From an uncultured bacterium (lineage in GTDB: Bacteria; Hydrothermota; UBA3073; NMUJ01; CBEVQO01), in NCBI GenBank assembly GCA_965552055.1, contig CBEVQO010000001.1, positions 160,001-224,000 on the forward strand: 64,000 bases of DNA, read 5' to 3'. The number at the start of each line of letters is the position of its first letter. Position 1 is the stretch's first letter. A program made the translations under genes and the position numbers. Below, piece after piece: positions 22,080 through 32,500 of the stretch. The notes beneath the pieces were generated by a model. It worked only from the letters and a program-made list of their open reading frames with translations, was not told where the DNA came from and ran no database searches.

Positions 22080-22675
22080 CGGAGATTAAGAGAGTTTATG
22101 GTAGCCGGTTTTATCCCTCTTCTGGAAAGATAAGCGAATAATCTTCTCTTTTTGACTTCCTTTGGCAAATCTTTGTTCTTTTCGAGCCATCTCTTTGCTA
22201 ATCTTTCTGCAAGTTCTTTTTCCTCCTCATTATTGTTGGCATTCAAAACATCCTCTATTATCTTTTCAGATATACCTCTTTTAAGCAATTCAAATTTTAT
22301 TCTGTTTTTACCCATTTCTTCCCGCTTCTCTTCAAAGTATAATTCGGCAAATTTTCTATCATCTATCAAGCCCAACCTTTTATAATTCTTGATAACTTCA
22401 TTTATTATGTCTTTTGGAATTTTTGTGTATTTCAACCTTTCTCTGATTTCTTTTTCCGTTCTCATTCTCACTGATAGCAATCTTCCTATGTGATTTTCTG
22501 CAAGTTGTCGCCAGTTAAATCGTTTTATGGATTCTATTTGGGTTTCTTTAAGCTTTTGCCCTTCTCTCAGTCCAAATTCCTTTACCGTAACAGGCAAAAG
22601 ACTTAATTTTTCACCGTTTTTAAAATGAATAACATATTCCCTTATTTTGTTTTCTACTTTCTCTATTTCTTTCAT
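22070..22675 (-). CDS. recX: Regulatory protein RecX
   Basis: LSVRMRTEKE, GLIDDRKFA, ELLKRGI, YLSRRG. Confidence 0.88.
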   Translation of the reverse strand: MKEIEKVENKIREYVIHFKNGEKLSLLPVTVKEFGLREGQKLKETQIESIKRFNWRQLAENHIGRLLSVRMRTEKEIRERLKYTKIPKDIINEVIKNYKRLGLIDDRKFAELYFEEKREEMGKNRIKFELLKRGISEKIIEDVLNANNNEEEKELAERLAKRWLEKNKDLPKEVKKRRLFAYLSRRGIKPATINSLNLRWD

Positions 22676-23304
22676 TAAGATTTCTTTGGAGCTTTTGCCC
22701 GCCTTATAATGAGGTATCCTCCTTTTGGACCCGGCACTGCTCCTTTTACAATCAATATATTATTTTCTTTATCAACTTTAAAAACTTTCAGGTTCCTGAC
22801 GGTTACCTTTCGTCCTCCCATTCTTCCTGGCATCTTTGTTCCTTTTCTCACTTCACTTGGGTCGGTTCCTGCGCCTATTGACCCGGGTGCACGATGAAAA
22901 CGGGAGCCATGAGCAGCAGGACCGCCTGCAAAACCATGACGCTTAACAACACCCTGAAAGCCTTTAGCTTTGGAAATGCCTGTAACATCAACATATTCGC
23001 CTTCCTTGAAAATGTCAACCGTAACTGTATCCCCTACTTTCCATTCTCTCTCGGGGTCTCTTATCTCTCTTAAAATAGCGGTAGGTTCTACTCCTGCCTT
23101 TTTAAACACTCCACTGTAAGGCTTATTGGGATGCTTTTTCTTACCGAAACCTATAACTATTGCCCTGTATCCATCTGTTTCTTCGGTTTTAACATGAATC
23201 ACAGGACAAGGTCCTGCTTCTATAAGTGTGCATGGAACAGCTTCTCCTTTCTCATCGAATAATTGTGCCATCCCCAATTTTTTACCAATTATGCCATCCA
23301 TCAC
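22675..23304 (-). CDS. rplC: 50S ribosomal protein L3
   Basis: GKKLGM, KGFQGVVKRHGF, HRAPGSIG, KGAVPG. Confidence 0.97.
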   Translation of the reverse strand: MMDGIIGKKLGMAQLFDEKGEAVPCTLIEAGPCPVIHVKTEETDGYRAIVIGFGKKKHPNKPYSGVFKKAGVEPTAILREIRDPEREWKVGDTVTVDIFKEGEYVDVTGISKAKGFQGVVKRHGFAGGPAAHGSRFHRAPGSIGAGTDPSEVRKGTKMPGRMGGRKVTVRNLKVFKVDKENNILIVKGAVPGPKGGYLIIRRAKAPKKS

Positions 23305-23606
23305 ATCTGTTTCATTTCAATATCAACACCTTCCGGTATTGTTAGCTGCTCCATAACCCTTATTGTCTGCTCATTTGTATCTGTTACCTCTATCAACCTT
23401 TTATGTATCTTCAATTCGAATTGTTCAAACGATTTCTTATAAACATGTGGCGAGCGCAAAACAGAAATAAGCGTACGCTTAGTGGGAAGTGGTATAGGTC
23501 CCTTGACTTTCGCACCTGTTTTCTTTATAGCTTTCACGAGTTCTTCAACACATTTATCAAGCAGAGTATGGTCGTATGATTTCAATTTTATCCTTATTTT
23601 TTCCAT
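23301..23606 (-). CDS. rpsJ: 30S ribosomal protein S10
   Basis: IRIKLKSYDH, GPIPLPT, RSPHV, HKRLI. Confidence 0.97.
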   Translation of the reverse strand: MEKIRIKLKSYDHTLLDKCVEELVKAIKKTGAKVKGPIPLPTKRTLISVLRSPHVYKKSFEQFELKIHKRLIEVTDTNEQTIRVMEQLTIPEGVDIEMKQM

Positions 23607-24859
23607 TATTCTATTACTTCTGTTACCACACCTGCTCCTACTGTCCTTCCGCCTTCTCTTATTGCGAATCTCATCTGGGGCTCCAGAGCAACAGGATACA
23701 TAAGGTCAACTGTCATCTCCACATTATCGCCCGGCATCACCATCTCTACACCTTCTGGAAGCGTAATCTTACCCGTAACATCGCATGTCCTGAAATAGAA
23801 TTGCGGTGAATAGCCAGAATGGAAAGGTGTATGCCTTCCTCCTTCTTCTTTCTTCAGCACATAAACCTGTGCTTTGAACTTCTTATAAGGTTTTATCGTA
23901 CCGGGCGCTGCAACAACCATTCCTCTCTCTACTTCATCTTTGGCAATTCCTCTCAACAATATTCCAATATTATCACCTGCTCTCGCTTCATCAAGTGTCT
24001 TTCTAAACATCTCTATTGATGTCGCTACTGTTTCCTTAACAACCCCAAATCCCACAATTTCTACTTTATCACCTGGTCTCAATCTTCCTCTCTCCACCCT
24101 GCCCGTTACAACCGTTCCTCTTCCAGTTATGCTGAAAACATCTTCTACGCTCAAAAGAAATGGTTTATCTTCTTCACGAGTAGGATCCGGAATATATTCA
24201 TCTACTGCTTTTATCAAATCAAAAATTGGTTTAAATGGATCTCCTTCTTCCACTTCTCCTTCCAGCACCTTCTTTGCGTGGTCCTCCGATAATTCCGTTT
24301 CGAGTGCTTTTAAAGCGCTTCCCTTAATGATTGGCACTTCATCTCCCGGGAATTCGTATTTACTTAATAATTCTCTTACTTCCATTTCAACGAGTTCTAT
24401 CAGCTCGGGGTCATCCACCATATCTATTTTGTTGATAAATACCACCATCGCAGGTACATTCACCTGTCTTGCGAGAAGAACATGTTCTCTTGTCTGTGCC
24501 TGTGGACCTTCATTTGCAGATACCACGAGTATAGCGCCATCCATCTGTGCTGCACCTGTAATCATATTTTTAACATAGTCTGCGTGTCCAGGGCAGTCAA
24601 TGTGAGCATAGTGACGAGTAGGTGTCACATACTCTCCGTGCCACAACTGAATAGTCAATCCCCTTGCCTTCTCCTCAGGTGCTTTATCTATCTGGTCAAC
24701 AGGTGCATATTCCGCCCAGTAGCCCTTATCTCTCGCAGCCTGAGTAGAGAGCAGTTTCGTTATCGCAGATGTAAGCGTCGTCTTACCATGGTCAACATGA
24801 CCTATTGTACCTATGTTTACATGCTTTCTATCTCTCCATTTAAATGCTTCCCTTGACAT
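23606..24859 (-). CDS. tuf: Elongation factor Tu
   Basis: [45 protein letters not shown]. Confidence 0.98.
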   Translation of the reverse strand: MSREAFKWRDRKHVNIGTIGHVDHGKTTLTSAITKLLSTQAARDKGYWAEYAPVDQIDKAPEEKARGLTIQLWHGEYVTPTRHYAHIDCPGHADYVKNMITGAAQMDGAILVVSANEGPQAQTREHVLLARQVNVPAMVVFINKIDMVDDPELIELVEMEVRELLSKYEFPGDEVPIIKGSALKALETELSEDHAKKVLEGEVEEGDPFKPIFDLIKAVDEYIPDPTREEDKPFLLSVEDVFSITGRGTVVTGRVERGRLRPGDKVEIVGFGVVKETVATSIEMFRKTLDEARAGDNIGILLRGIAKDEVERGMVVAAPGTIKPYKKFKAQVYVLKKEEGGRHTPFHSGYSPQFYFRTCDVTGKITLPEGVEMVMPGDNVEMTVDLMYPVALEPQMRFAIREGGRTVGAGVVTEVIE

Positions 24860-24881
24860 AACCCCCCCTTAAGCACTTCTA

Positions 24882-24908
24882 TAAATATTCATTTTTTGAA
24901 TTTGTCAA
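24882..24908 (-). promoter_or_regulatory. Candidate internal tuf promoter TTGACA-N15-TATTTA
   Basis: Perfect -35 in the fusA-tuf gap; -10 imperfect. Confidence 0.5.
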
Positions 24909-24915
24909 CCCTTTT

Positions 24916-26964
24916 TCAAACATATTTTTCAAGTAATTTTTTAACCTCTTCTTCGGGCACATTATCATAAGAATCAAATTCTATCACAGGTATCGCTCTA
25001 CCCTGTGTTAAAGACCTCAACTTCGTTGCATAACCAAATAAATTTTTTAGCGGACACCTTGCTTTTATTATCTGGATACCTTTATCAACATACATCTCAT
25101 AAATTTTACCCCCTCTACTTTGCATATCTTCAATTATTGCACCGACATATTCCACTGGTGTGACGCATTCTACTCTCATTATAGGATGCAAAAGCGTTGG
25201 CTCTGCTTTCTGCAATCCATTCTGTATTGCAATGGAAGAAGCAACTTTAAACGCAAGAGCAGATTCCTCCTGCTTCCTGCTAATGGCATTCAAAAGCATA
25301 ACCTCGATATCTGTCACAGGATAGCCAAGCAAAACACCTATTTGTAAAGCTTCCATCACCCCATCTTTAATAGCTTCAAAATGCGGGGTCTCTATCTGGC
25401 TCTTGAACTTTACACCCGCTCCCCTTTTCAAAGGTCTCAACAAGAACTCAACTTCTGCATAAAATTTCTTCCCGGATAACTCTTTATCAAAAACACCTTT
25501 ACAGCGAACTTCTTTTTTAATGGTTTCTCTATATGATACTCTTGGATTTTTGAGCGATGTATTCAAATTAAAATCTTCTCTCATCCTTTTCACGAGAACA
25601 TCTAAATGCAGTTCTCCCATTCCGCTTATAATCCACTCACCTGTTTCGGAATCTAACCTGTATTTAAAAGACGGGTCATCAAGTGATAACCTTTCCAAAA
25701 CCTCTTTCAACCTTTCTTCATCCTGCTTTGTTGCCACTCTTAAAGTTGCATCAATTACTGTTTCAAACTGCCTTGGTTTTTCAAATAAAATTTTAAAATT
25801 AGTATCGCAAATTGTATCTCCTGCTTTTATATCTTTAAAGCCATAAATCCCAACGATATTACCTGCTTCTGCTTCCCTTATCCTCTGTCTTTTATTTGCA
25901 TGCATCTGATAAATTGAATGTACTCTCTCCTTCTTGCCTGTTGAAACATTCAAAACATATTCTCCTTCTTTTATTTTCCCGGAATAAACTCTTGTAAATG
26001 CAAGTTTGCCATGTGCATCAACCTGGATTTTAAAAATCAACCCAGTAAACGGCTTATCAGGTAACTGTTCTACACATTTTTCTTCTCCTGTTTCAGGGTC
26101 TTTGCCTTTTATTATTTTTCTATCAAGGGGAGATGGTAGATATTCGCAAACAGCATCGAGCAAAGGTTGCACCCCTATATTACGCAGAGCAGCACCATAA
26201 AATACTGGAAAGAGAACGCAACCTATACAAAGGCGTCTTATAACCTGATGGATTAATTCTTCGGGTATTTCTTTATCTTCGAGATAAAGTTCCGCAATCT
26301 TATCATCATAAGTTGCAAGTATCTCAAGCAATTCTTTTCTCTTCTCTTCTGCTTCCATTTTTAAATCATCAGGGATATCAACAACATCATAATGTGAGCC
26401 ATCTGTACCTCTATACCATTTATAATATTTCATCTTTATGAGGTCACATACTCCATCGAATTTTTCTTCTATTCCCACGGGTATTTGCATCTGAAGGGGT
26501 TTAGCTCCCAATCTTTCTTCCATCATTTTTATACACCTTTCGGGTGATGCTCCCAATCTATCGAGTTTATTTATGAAAACAATTCTCGGAACATTATACC
26601 TATCTGCCTGACGCCAAACGGTCTCAGATTGTGATTCCACTCCTTCAACTGCACTGAAAATAACTATCGCACCATCAAGCACCCTTAATGACCGCTCTAC
26701 TTCTGCTGTAAAATCAACATGCCCTGGTGTATCAATTATGTTTATCTTTTTGCCTTTCCAGTAGCATGTTGTAGCAGCAGCTGTAATTGATATACCTCTT
26801 TCTTTTTCCTGTTGCATCCAATCCATTTGTGCTGAACCTTCGTCAACTTCTCCCATTCTATGTATCTTACCGGTATAATATAAAATTCTCTCTGTGGTAG
26901 TTGTCTTACCTGCGTCTATATGTGCAATTATTCCTATGTTTCGTACAGATGATAAGTCCTCCAT
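24916..26964 (-). CDS. fusA: Elongation factor G with divergent domains III-IV
   Basis: AHIDAGKTT, DTPGHVDF, NKLD, GMGELHL, GYATKLRSLTQG; str-operon position. Confidence 0.93.
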   Translation of the reverse strand: MEDLSSVRNIGIIAHIDAGKTTTTERILYYTGKIHRMGEVDEGSAQMDWMQQEKERGISITAAATTCYWKGKKINIIDTPGHVDFTAEVERSLRVLDGAIVIFSAVEGVESQSETVWRQADRYNVPRIVFINKLDRLGASPERCIKMMEERLGAKPLQMQIPVGIEEKFDGVCDLIKMKYYKWYRGTDGSHYDVVDIPDDLKMEAEEKRKELLEILATYDDKIAELYLEDKEIPEELIHQVIRRLCIGCVLFPVFYGAALRNIGVQPLLDAVCEYLPSPLDRKIIKGKDPETGEEKCVEQLPDKPFTGLIFKIQVDAHGKLAFTRVYSGKIKEGEYVLNVSTGKKERVHSIYQMHANKRQRIREAEAGNIVGIYGFKDIKAGDTICDTNFKILFEKPRQFETVIDATLRVATKQDEERLKEVLERLSLDDPSFKYRLDSETGEWIISGMGELHLDVLVKRMREDFNLNTSLKNPRVSYRETIKKEVRCKGVFDKELSGKKFYAEVEFLLRPLKRGAGVKFKSQIETPHFEAIKDGVMEALQIGVLLGYPVTDIEVMLLNAISRKQEESALAFKVASSIAIQNGLQKAEPTLLHPIMRVECVTPVEYVGAIIEDMQSRGGKIYEMYVDKGIQIIKARCPLKNLFGYATKLRSLTQGRAIPVIEFDSYDNVPEEEVKKLLEKYV

Positions 26965-27437
26965 TACCACTTATAGTGAGCGAATGCTTTATTAGCTTCC
27001 GCCATCTTATGGGTATCTTCCTTTTTCTTAAACGCTGCTCCTTCTTTTTTGCTTGCCAAAATTATTTCATCCGCTAACCTCTGATACATTGGCTTACCTT
27101 TCTTTGCTCTAGCAGCTTCTAAAATCCATTTAATTGCTAGAAAAATTCTGCGATGCGGTGGCACCTGCACCGGAACCTGATAGGTAGCACCTCCCACCCT
27201 TCTTGGTCTAACTTCCATCAATGGTTTACAATTTTCTATAGCTTTATTAAAAATCGTCATCGCATCCTGATTTGTCCTTTTTTCTATTTCTTCCATTGCT
27301 TTATAAAAAATCTTTTGTGCAAGATACTTTTTGCCATCTTTCATCAAACAATTTATGAATTTGCCAACGACTTCGCTACCGTATTTGGGGTCACGATAAG
27401 GCTCTCTTTTCTTTATGTATCTCTTTTTTCTCGCCAT
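26964..27437 (-). CDS. rpsG: 30S ribosomal protein S7
   Basis: RRVGGATYQVP, HKMAEANKAFAH. Confidence 0.98.
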   Translation of the reverse strand: MARKKRYIKKREPYRDPKYGSEVVGKFINCLMKDGKKYLAQKIFYKAMEEIEKRTNQDAMTIFNKAIENCKPLMEVRPRRVGGATYQVPVQVPPHRRIFLAIKWILEAARAKKGKPMYQRLADEIILASKKEGAAFKKKEDTHKMAEANKAFAHYKW

Positions 27438-27445
27438 TTTACCTC

Positions 27446-28138
27446 CTATTTAAAATAATCACTCGCTTCTTCCAATCCCCTTATTATTTTTACACCCAAT
27501 TTAGATGCATATTCAAAAACTTCTGGATAGGTAAATATTGCAACTATTATCTTATCTGTAAGTTTTTCGTTTTCTACCTTTTCGTAAAATTTTGTACATT
27601 TCAAAAAATTTTCAAGTTCGCCGAGTGTCAGAGAAGATTTCACTTCTATTGCTATTTTTTTATCGTCTCTTATTATAATGTCAATTTCGGCATCCCTGGG
27701 AAACATAAAAACTTCTGCCTTTTCATCTTTCTTACGCCATTTTATAACTTTATAACCTAACTCTGATAAAACATCTTCAAAACCTTTTCTGAAAGCTTCT
27801 TCAGCACCCATCCCCCACCTCGAACCCATCGCAGAAATAGCATCCCTTAAAAGCTTAAATCCCTTATCCATACGAGTGATAACTTCCTCAAATCTTTTGT
27901 TTACTTCTTCAAATCTCTTATCAACTTTTTCAAATCTCCTATTAATTTCCTCAAATCTCTTTTCGTATTCTTCTCTCATTTTTTTCAATTCAAGGAGTAT
28001 AGCTTTTATATCATCTTTGGTTGCAGCAGTTTTTTCAACTATTTCTTCTATTGCCATCCGTACTTCAGGATGTTCTTTTATAATTTTAGGCAATTCCTTC
28101 TTTATAAAAGTAATTATCTCATCTTTTGATAGTTTCAA
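27446..28138 (-). CDS. Coiled-coil plus PD-(D/E)XK protein (DUF3782-like, archaeal type)
   Basis: RFEE heptads, AMGSRWG..AEEAFR, EIDIII...IEVKS. Confidence 0.75.
   Translation of the reverse strand: MKLSKDEIITFIKKELPKIIKEHPEVRMAIEEIVEKTAATKDDIKAILLELKKMREEYEKRFEEINRRFEKVDKRFEEVNKRFEEVITRMDKGFKLLRDAISAMGSRWGMGAEEAFRKGFEDVLSELGYKVIKWRKKDEKAEVFMFPRDAEIDIIIRDDKKIAIEVKSSLTLGELENFLKCTKFYEKVENEKLTDKIIVAIFTYPEVFEYASKLGVKIIRGLEEASDYFK
27878..27963 (-). repeat. Four imperfect 21-bp tandem repeats (AGATTTGA core) encoding the RFEEINR/RFEKVDK/RFEEVNK/RFEEVIT heptads
   Basis: tcaaatct recurs every 21 nt on the + strand. Confidence 0.75.
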
Positions 28139-28152
28139 TATTCCTCCTTATT

Positions 28153-28542
28153 TTATTCTTTCTTCTGTTCTTTTGGTCTTTTGGTTCCGTATTTCGAGCG
28201 AGATGTCCTTCTTCCTTCCACTCCTGCGCAATCATACGCTCCCCTTACGATATGGTATTTCACACCCGGTAAATCTTTAACTCTACCTCCCCTCACCAGT
28301 ACAACAGAGTGCTCCTGCAGATTATGACCCTCACCCGGAATATACGCTATTACCTCCCTGCCCGTACTCAACCTTACTTTCGCAACCTTTCTTTGCGCAG
28401 AATTCGGCTTTTTAGGCGTAGTAGTATAAACTTTTACGCAAACTCCCCTCTTCTGAGGACAGCCCTCAAGTGCCGGGGATTTCGACTTCCTTTTCTTCTT
28501 TTTTCTCCCCTTCCTTATCAACTGATTTATCGTGGGCGGCAT
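28153..28542 (-). CDS. rpsL: 30S ribosomal protein S12
   Basis: [32 protein letters not shown]. Confidence 0.98.
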   Translation of the reverse strand: MPPTINQLIRKGRKKKKRKSKSPALEGCPQKRGVCVKVYTTTPKKPNSAQRKVAKVRLSTGREVIAYIPGEGHNLQEHSVVLVRGGRVKDLPGVKYHIVRGAYDCAGVEGRRTSRSKYGTKRPKEQKKE

Positions 28543-31500
28543 AAACCACCTCCTCTTTAAATTTCCTAAAGCCCGTACCAGCAGGTATCAAACACCCTGT
28601 TATCACATTTTCTTTAATGCCTCTCAAATAATCTACTCTCCCTTTAATTGCTGCATCCGTCAAAACATTTACAGTCTCCTGGAATGAAGCAGCAGCTATA
28701 AAGCTCTCACTACTAACAGCGGCTTTTGCTATACCAAGAAGTAAAGGCTCATAAGATGCAGGTTGTTTGCCTTCGCCTTTCACACGCTCATTTTCTTCCA
28801 TAACTTCCCATATGTTTACAACTTCTCCTTCTATAAACCTCGTATCACCTGCGTCTTTTATTTTAACCTTCGACAGCATCTGCCTGACTATTATCTCAAA
28901 ATGCTTGTCGTTAATTTTAACTCCCTGCATTCTATAAATCTTCTGTATTTCATCAACAAGGTAATTCCTAACCTCATGCACTCCTTTTGTCTTCAATATA
29001 TCATGGGGATCTATGATTCCATCTGTCAATTTCTCTCCTGCTCTTACGAAATCACCATCTCTAACAATTATATGTTTACCAACAGGCACTTTATATTTCT
29101 TTTCTTCATGCTCTCCTTTCACTATTATGTATCTTTCGCCCTTCTCTGATACAATTTTAACATATCCATCAATTTCTGGCACAAGGGCTTTATCTTTTGG
29201 ATGCCTTGCTTCAAACAGGTCTATAGCCTTGGGAAGACCTCCTGTTATATCTTTCACTTTCGCTATAACTTTGGGCTTCCTTGCGAGTATGTCACCAGGA
29301 TATACATATTGACCTTCTTTTACAAATACATAAGCACCATTCGGCAATGTATAGCTTGCAACAGTTTTTCCATCTTTGATTATATCGATAGATGGCTGAA
29401 CCCTTTTATGTGTAGTAACAACAGGTTGCTTTGCTCCTGTTTTCTCATCATATTCAAGACGATAAGAAACATTTTCCTCCCAATTATTGAAATGAACTTC
29501 GCCTTCCACTTCCGATATTATAAGGAAAGAGTAAGGGTCCCATTCAAATAAATCATCATCTTTTTTAACTTTCTGTCCCTCTTCAACAAATACTATTGCA
29601 CCATAAGGCAATTTATAATGTTTTTTCTCATCACCGTGTTCCAGAATAATTTTACCTTTCCTGCCAAGGAAAATCTTTTTACCATCTTTTCTTGTATGCA
29701 ACTTAACATTCTCAAATTTTATCTCACCATCAAAGTGTGCTTTCATCTTCGTCTCTTTAACTTCACCTGCTACTGCTCCTCCCACATGGAATGTCCTCAG
29801 TGTAAGCTGAGTACCGGGTTCTCCTATTGATTGTGCAGCAACGATACCAACCGCTTCTCCTAATTCCACAAGTCTACCTGTTCCGGGATGTATTCCATAA
29901 CATTTTTGACAAACCCCTCTCTTAGTTTCACATGTAAGCACAGACCTTATTAAAACTTTCTCAATACCGGCAGACTCTATCTCTTTTGCCTTCTCAGGGG
30001 TTATCAATTCACCTGCAAATACAATAACTTCTCCTGTTATTGGATTCACAATATCTTCAAGTGCATACCTCCCTGCTATTCTTTCGGATAGAGGCTCAAT
30101 TATTTCTTCTCCCTCCATTAAAGCAGTTACTTCCCTTCCGAGTATCGTCCCGCAGTCTTCTTCTGTAACTATTACATCCTGAGCTACATCGACCAATCGC
30201 CTTGTAAGATAACCAGCCTGTGCAGTCTTCAAAGCAGTATCCGTTAAACCTTTCCTTGCACCATGAGTAGAAATGAAATATTCAACAACTGTTAATCCTT
30301 CTTTCAAACTACTATTTATCGGTGTCTCAATGGCTCCTTTGCCCGGACGCGTCATTAAACCTCTCTGCGCCGTTATCTGCCTCACCTGGTCGATATTACC
30401 TCTCGCACCTGAAATCGCCATCATATAAAGTGGATTAAAACCTTCTCTATCCTTCTGCAATGTCTTTACAGCATCCCTCTCTATCTGAGCCGTCGCTTTA
30501 CCCCAAATATCAACTATTCTGTTATAACGCTCTCTCTCTGTTATCCAACCTTTTCTATAGCTTTCATTTATCATCGCTACTTCTCTCTTTGCCCTCTCTA
30601 TAATTTGCTCCTTAGTCGGAGGCGTTTTCATGTCGTCTATCCCAATAGTAACACCCGCGAGTGTCGCCATTTCAAACCCAAACTCCTTTACAGCATCGAG
30701 AAATTCACATGTCCTGAAATTACCATAACGCTTGTGAATCTCTGCTATCAGCCTGTTTAAAACTTTTTTATCAACAACTTCATTACAAAATCTCAAATCT
30801 TCTGGTAGCAATTCATTAAATAAAACTCTACCTGGTGTTGTTTCTATGATTTTATCTTTAAACCTATATTTTATGATAGTATTCCATGTCACTACTTCTT
30901 CATCCAGCGCCATTTTCACCTCTTCTGGTGTGCCAAAATATTTACCCTCTCCCTTTTCTCCTTTCTTCGGCAAAGTAACATAATAAACACCCATTATCAT
31001 ATCCTGTGTTGGAACGGAAATCGGCTCTCCACTTGCGGGCGATAAAATATTGTTAGTCGATAGCATTAATAGCATGGCTTCGAGCTGCGCCTTCGTGGAA
31101 ATAGGTACATGAATCGCCATCTGATCTCCATCAAAATCGGCATTAAATGGTTTACATATCAAAGGAGATATCATAATGGCTTTACCATCAACCAGTTTAG
31201 GATAAAATGCCTGAATGGATAACCTATGCAAAGTAGGTGCTCTATTTAGCAATACAGGATGATTCTTAACAACTTCTTCCAGCAATTCCCATATCTTGCT
31301 TGCTCCTTTTTCTATCATTTTTTTCGCAACTTTCGCTGATTGAGCATAACCCCTTCTTTGCAGTTCCCTCATCACCATGGGCTTAAACAGCTCAATAGCC
31401 ATTGTCTTTGGCACACCGCATTCATGTATCTTAAGGGTAGGGTCTACTATTATCACTGCTCTACCTGAATAATCAACCCTCTTACCGAGCAAATTCTGTC

Positions 31501-32500
31501 TGAAACGCCCACGCTTACCACTCAGTGCATCAGATAATGATTTCAAAGGTCTATCACCCCTTCCTTTAACGGGTTTTGATTTCCTCCTATTATCAAGTAA
31601 AGCATCAACTGCTTCCTGAAGCATTCTTTTTTCATTCCTGATAATTATTTCGGGTGCCTTCATTGCGATTAAATTCTTAAGCCTGTTATTCCTGGTAATA
31701 ACTCTCCTGTAAAGGTCATTAAGGTCTGTTGTAGCATATCTACCGCCTTCAAGAGGCACAAGTGGTCTCAAGTCCGGAGGTATTACTGGCAAAACCCTCA
31801 AAACCATCCACTCGGGCTTAACACCAGATGTCCTGAATGCCTCTATTATCTGTAATTTCCTGAAAAGCTTCCTGTAACGCTCTGTAAAACGGTCTTTAAC
31901 TTCTCCAAGCGCTAACTGAGTGCGAAGCTCTGCTGCCATTTTATCAAGATCAAGTTCTTTTAAAAGCAAATAAATGGCTTCTGCTCCTGTTTCTGCTTTA
32001 AAGCCATCAGGCGGATTCTCCATTATCTTCTCATATTCTTCAATGGGAATCAATTCTCCCTTTTTGAAATCAGATTCCCCGGGTTCTATAACGACATAAG
32101 AATTGTAATAGATTATTTGTTCGAGCTTTGATAACGGCATATCCAGCAAAACACCTATTCTTGATGGTTGTACCTTATAAAACCATATATGGACAACGGG
32201 TGCAGCAAGCTCAATATGACCCATCCTTTTCCTTCTTACATCAGCAGTCGTAACCTCCACACCGCATCTCTCACAAACAACACCTTTATATTTCGGTCCC
32301 CTATACTTTCCACAATTACACTCATAATCTTTAACCGGACCGAAAATCCTCTCACAGAAAAGACCATCTCTCTCGGGTTTTTGTGTCTTATAGTTTATCG
32401 TATCTGCTTTTTTTACTTCACCATGCGACCAGCTTCTTATCGTCTCCGGGGATGCTAATTTTACTCTAATGCCTTTTAAATCAAGAAGATTTAGTTCCAT
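28466..32500 (-). CDS. rpoC: RNA polymerase beta' subunit
   Basis: [27 protein letters not shown], zinc-binding Cys. Confidence 0.99.
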   Translation of the reverse strand: MELNLLDLKGIRVKLASPETIRSWSHGEVKKADTINYKTQKPERDGLFCERIFGPVKDYECNCGKYRGPKYKGVVCERCGVEVTTADVRRKRMGHIELAAPVVHIWFYKVQPSRIGVLLDMPLSKLEQIIYYNSYVVIEPGESDFKKGELIPIEEYEKIMENPPDGFKAETGAEAIYLLLKELDLDKMAAELRTQLALGEVKDRFTERYRKLFRKLQIIEAFRTSGVKPEWMVLRVLPVIPPDLRPLVPLEGGRYATTDLNDLYRRVITRNNRLKNLIAMKAPEIIIRNEKRMLQEAVDALLDNRRKSKPVKGRGDRPLKSLSDALSGKRGRFRQNLLGKRVDYSGRAVIIVDPTLKIHECGVPKTMAIELFKPMVMRELQRRGYAQSAKVAKKMIEKGASKIWELLEEVVKNHPVLLNRAPTLHRLSIQAFYPKLVDGKAIMISPLICKPFNADFDGDQMAIHVPISTKAQLEAMLLMLSTNNILSPASGEPISVPTQDMIMGVYYVTLPKKGEKGEGKYFGTPEEVKMALDEEVVTWNTIIKYRFKDKIIETTPGRVLFNELLPEDLRFCNEVVDKKVLNRLIAEIHKRYGNFRTCEFLDAVKEFGFEMATLAGVTIGIDDMKTPPTKEQIIERAKREVAMINESYRKGWITERERYNRIVDIWGKATAQIERDAVKTLQKDREGFNPLYMMAISGARGNIDQVRQITAQRGLMTRPGKGAIETPINSSLKEGLTVVEYFISTHGARKGLTDTALKTAQAGYLTRRLVDVAQDVIVTEEDCGTILGREVTALMEGEEIIEPLSERIAGRYALEDIVNPITGEVIVFAGELITPEKAKEIESAGIEKVLIRSVLTCETKRGVCQKCYGIHPGTGRLVELGEAVGIVAAQSIGEPGTQLTLRTFHVGGAVAGEVKETKMKAHFDGEIKFENVKLHTRKDGKKIFLGRKGKIILEHGDEKKHYKLPYGAIVFVEEGQKVKKDDDLFEWDPYSFLIISEVEGEVHFNNWEENVSYRLEYDEKTGAKQPVVTTHKRVQPSIDIIKDGKTVASYTLPNGAYVFVKEGQYVYPGDILARKPKVIAKVKDITGGLPKAIDLFEARHPKDKALVPEIDGYVKIVSEKGERYIIVKGEHEEKKYKVPVGKHIIVRDGDFVRAGEKLTDGIIDPHDILKTKGVHEVRNYLVDEIQKIYRMQGVKINDKHFEIIVRQMLSKVKIKDAGDTRFIEGEVVNIWEVMEENERVKGEGKQPASYEPLLLGIAKAAVSSESFIAAASFQETVNVLTDAAIKGRVDYLRGIKENVITGCLIPAGTGFRKFKEEVVYAAHDKSVDKEGEKKEEKEVEIPGT

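Noticed and set aside
24853..24858. TTGACA on the + strand at the tuf start
   Set aside because: It is the reverse complement of the tuf start region; no matching -10 at 15-17 nt and no + strand gene follows
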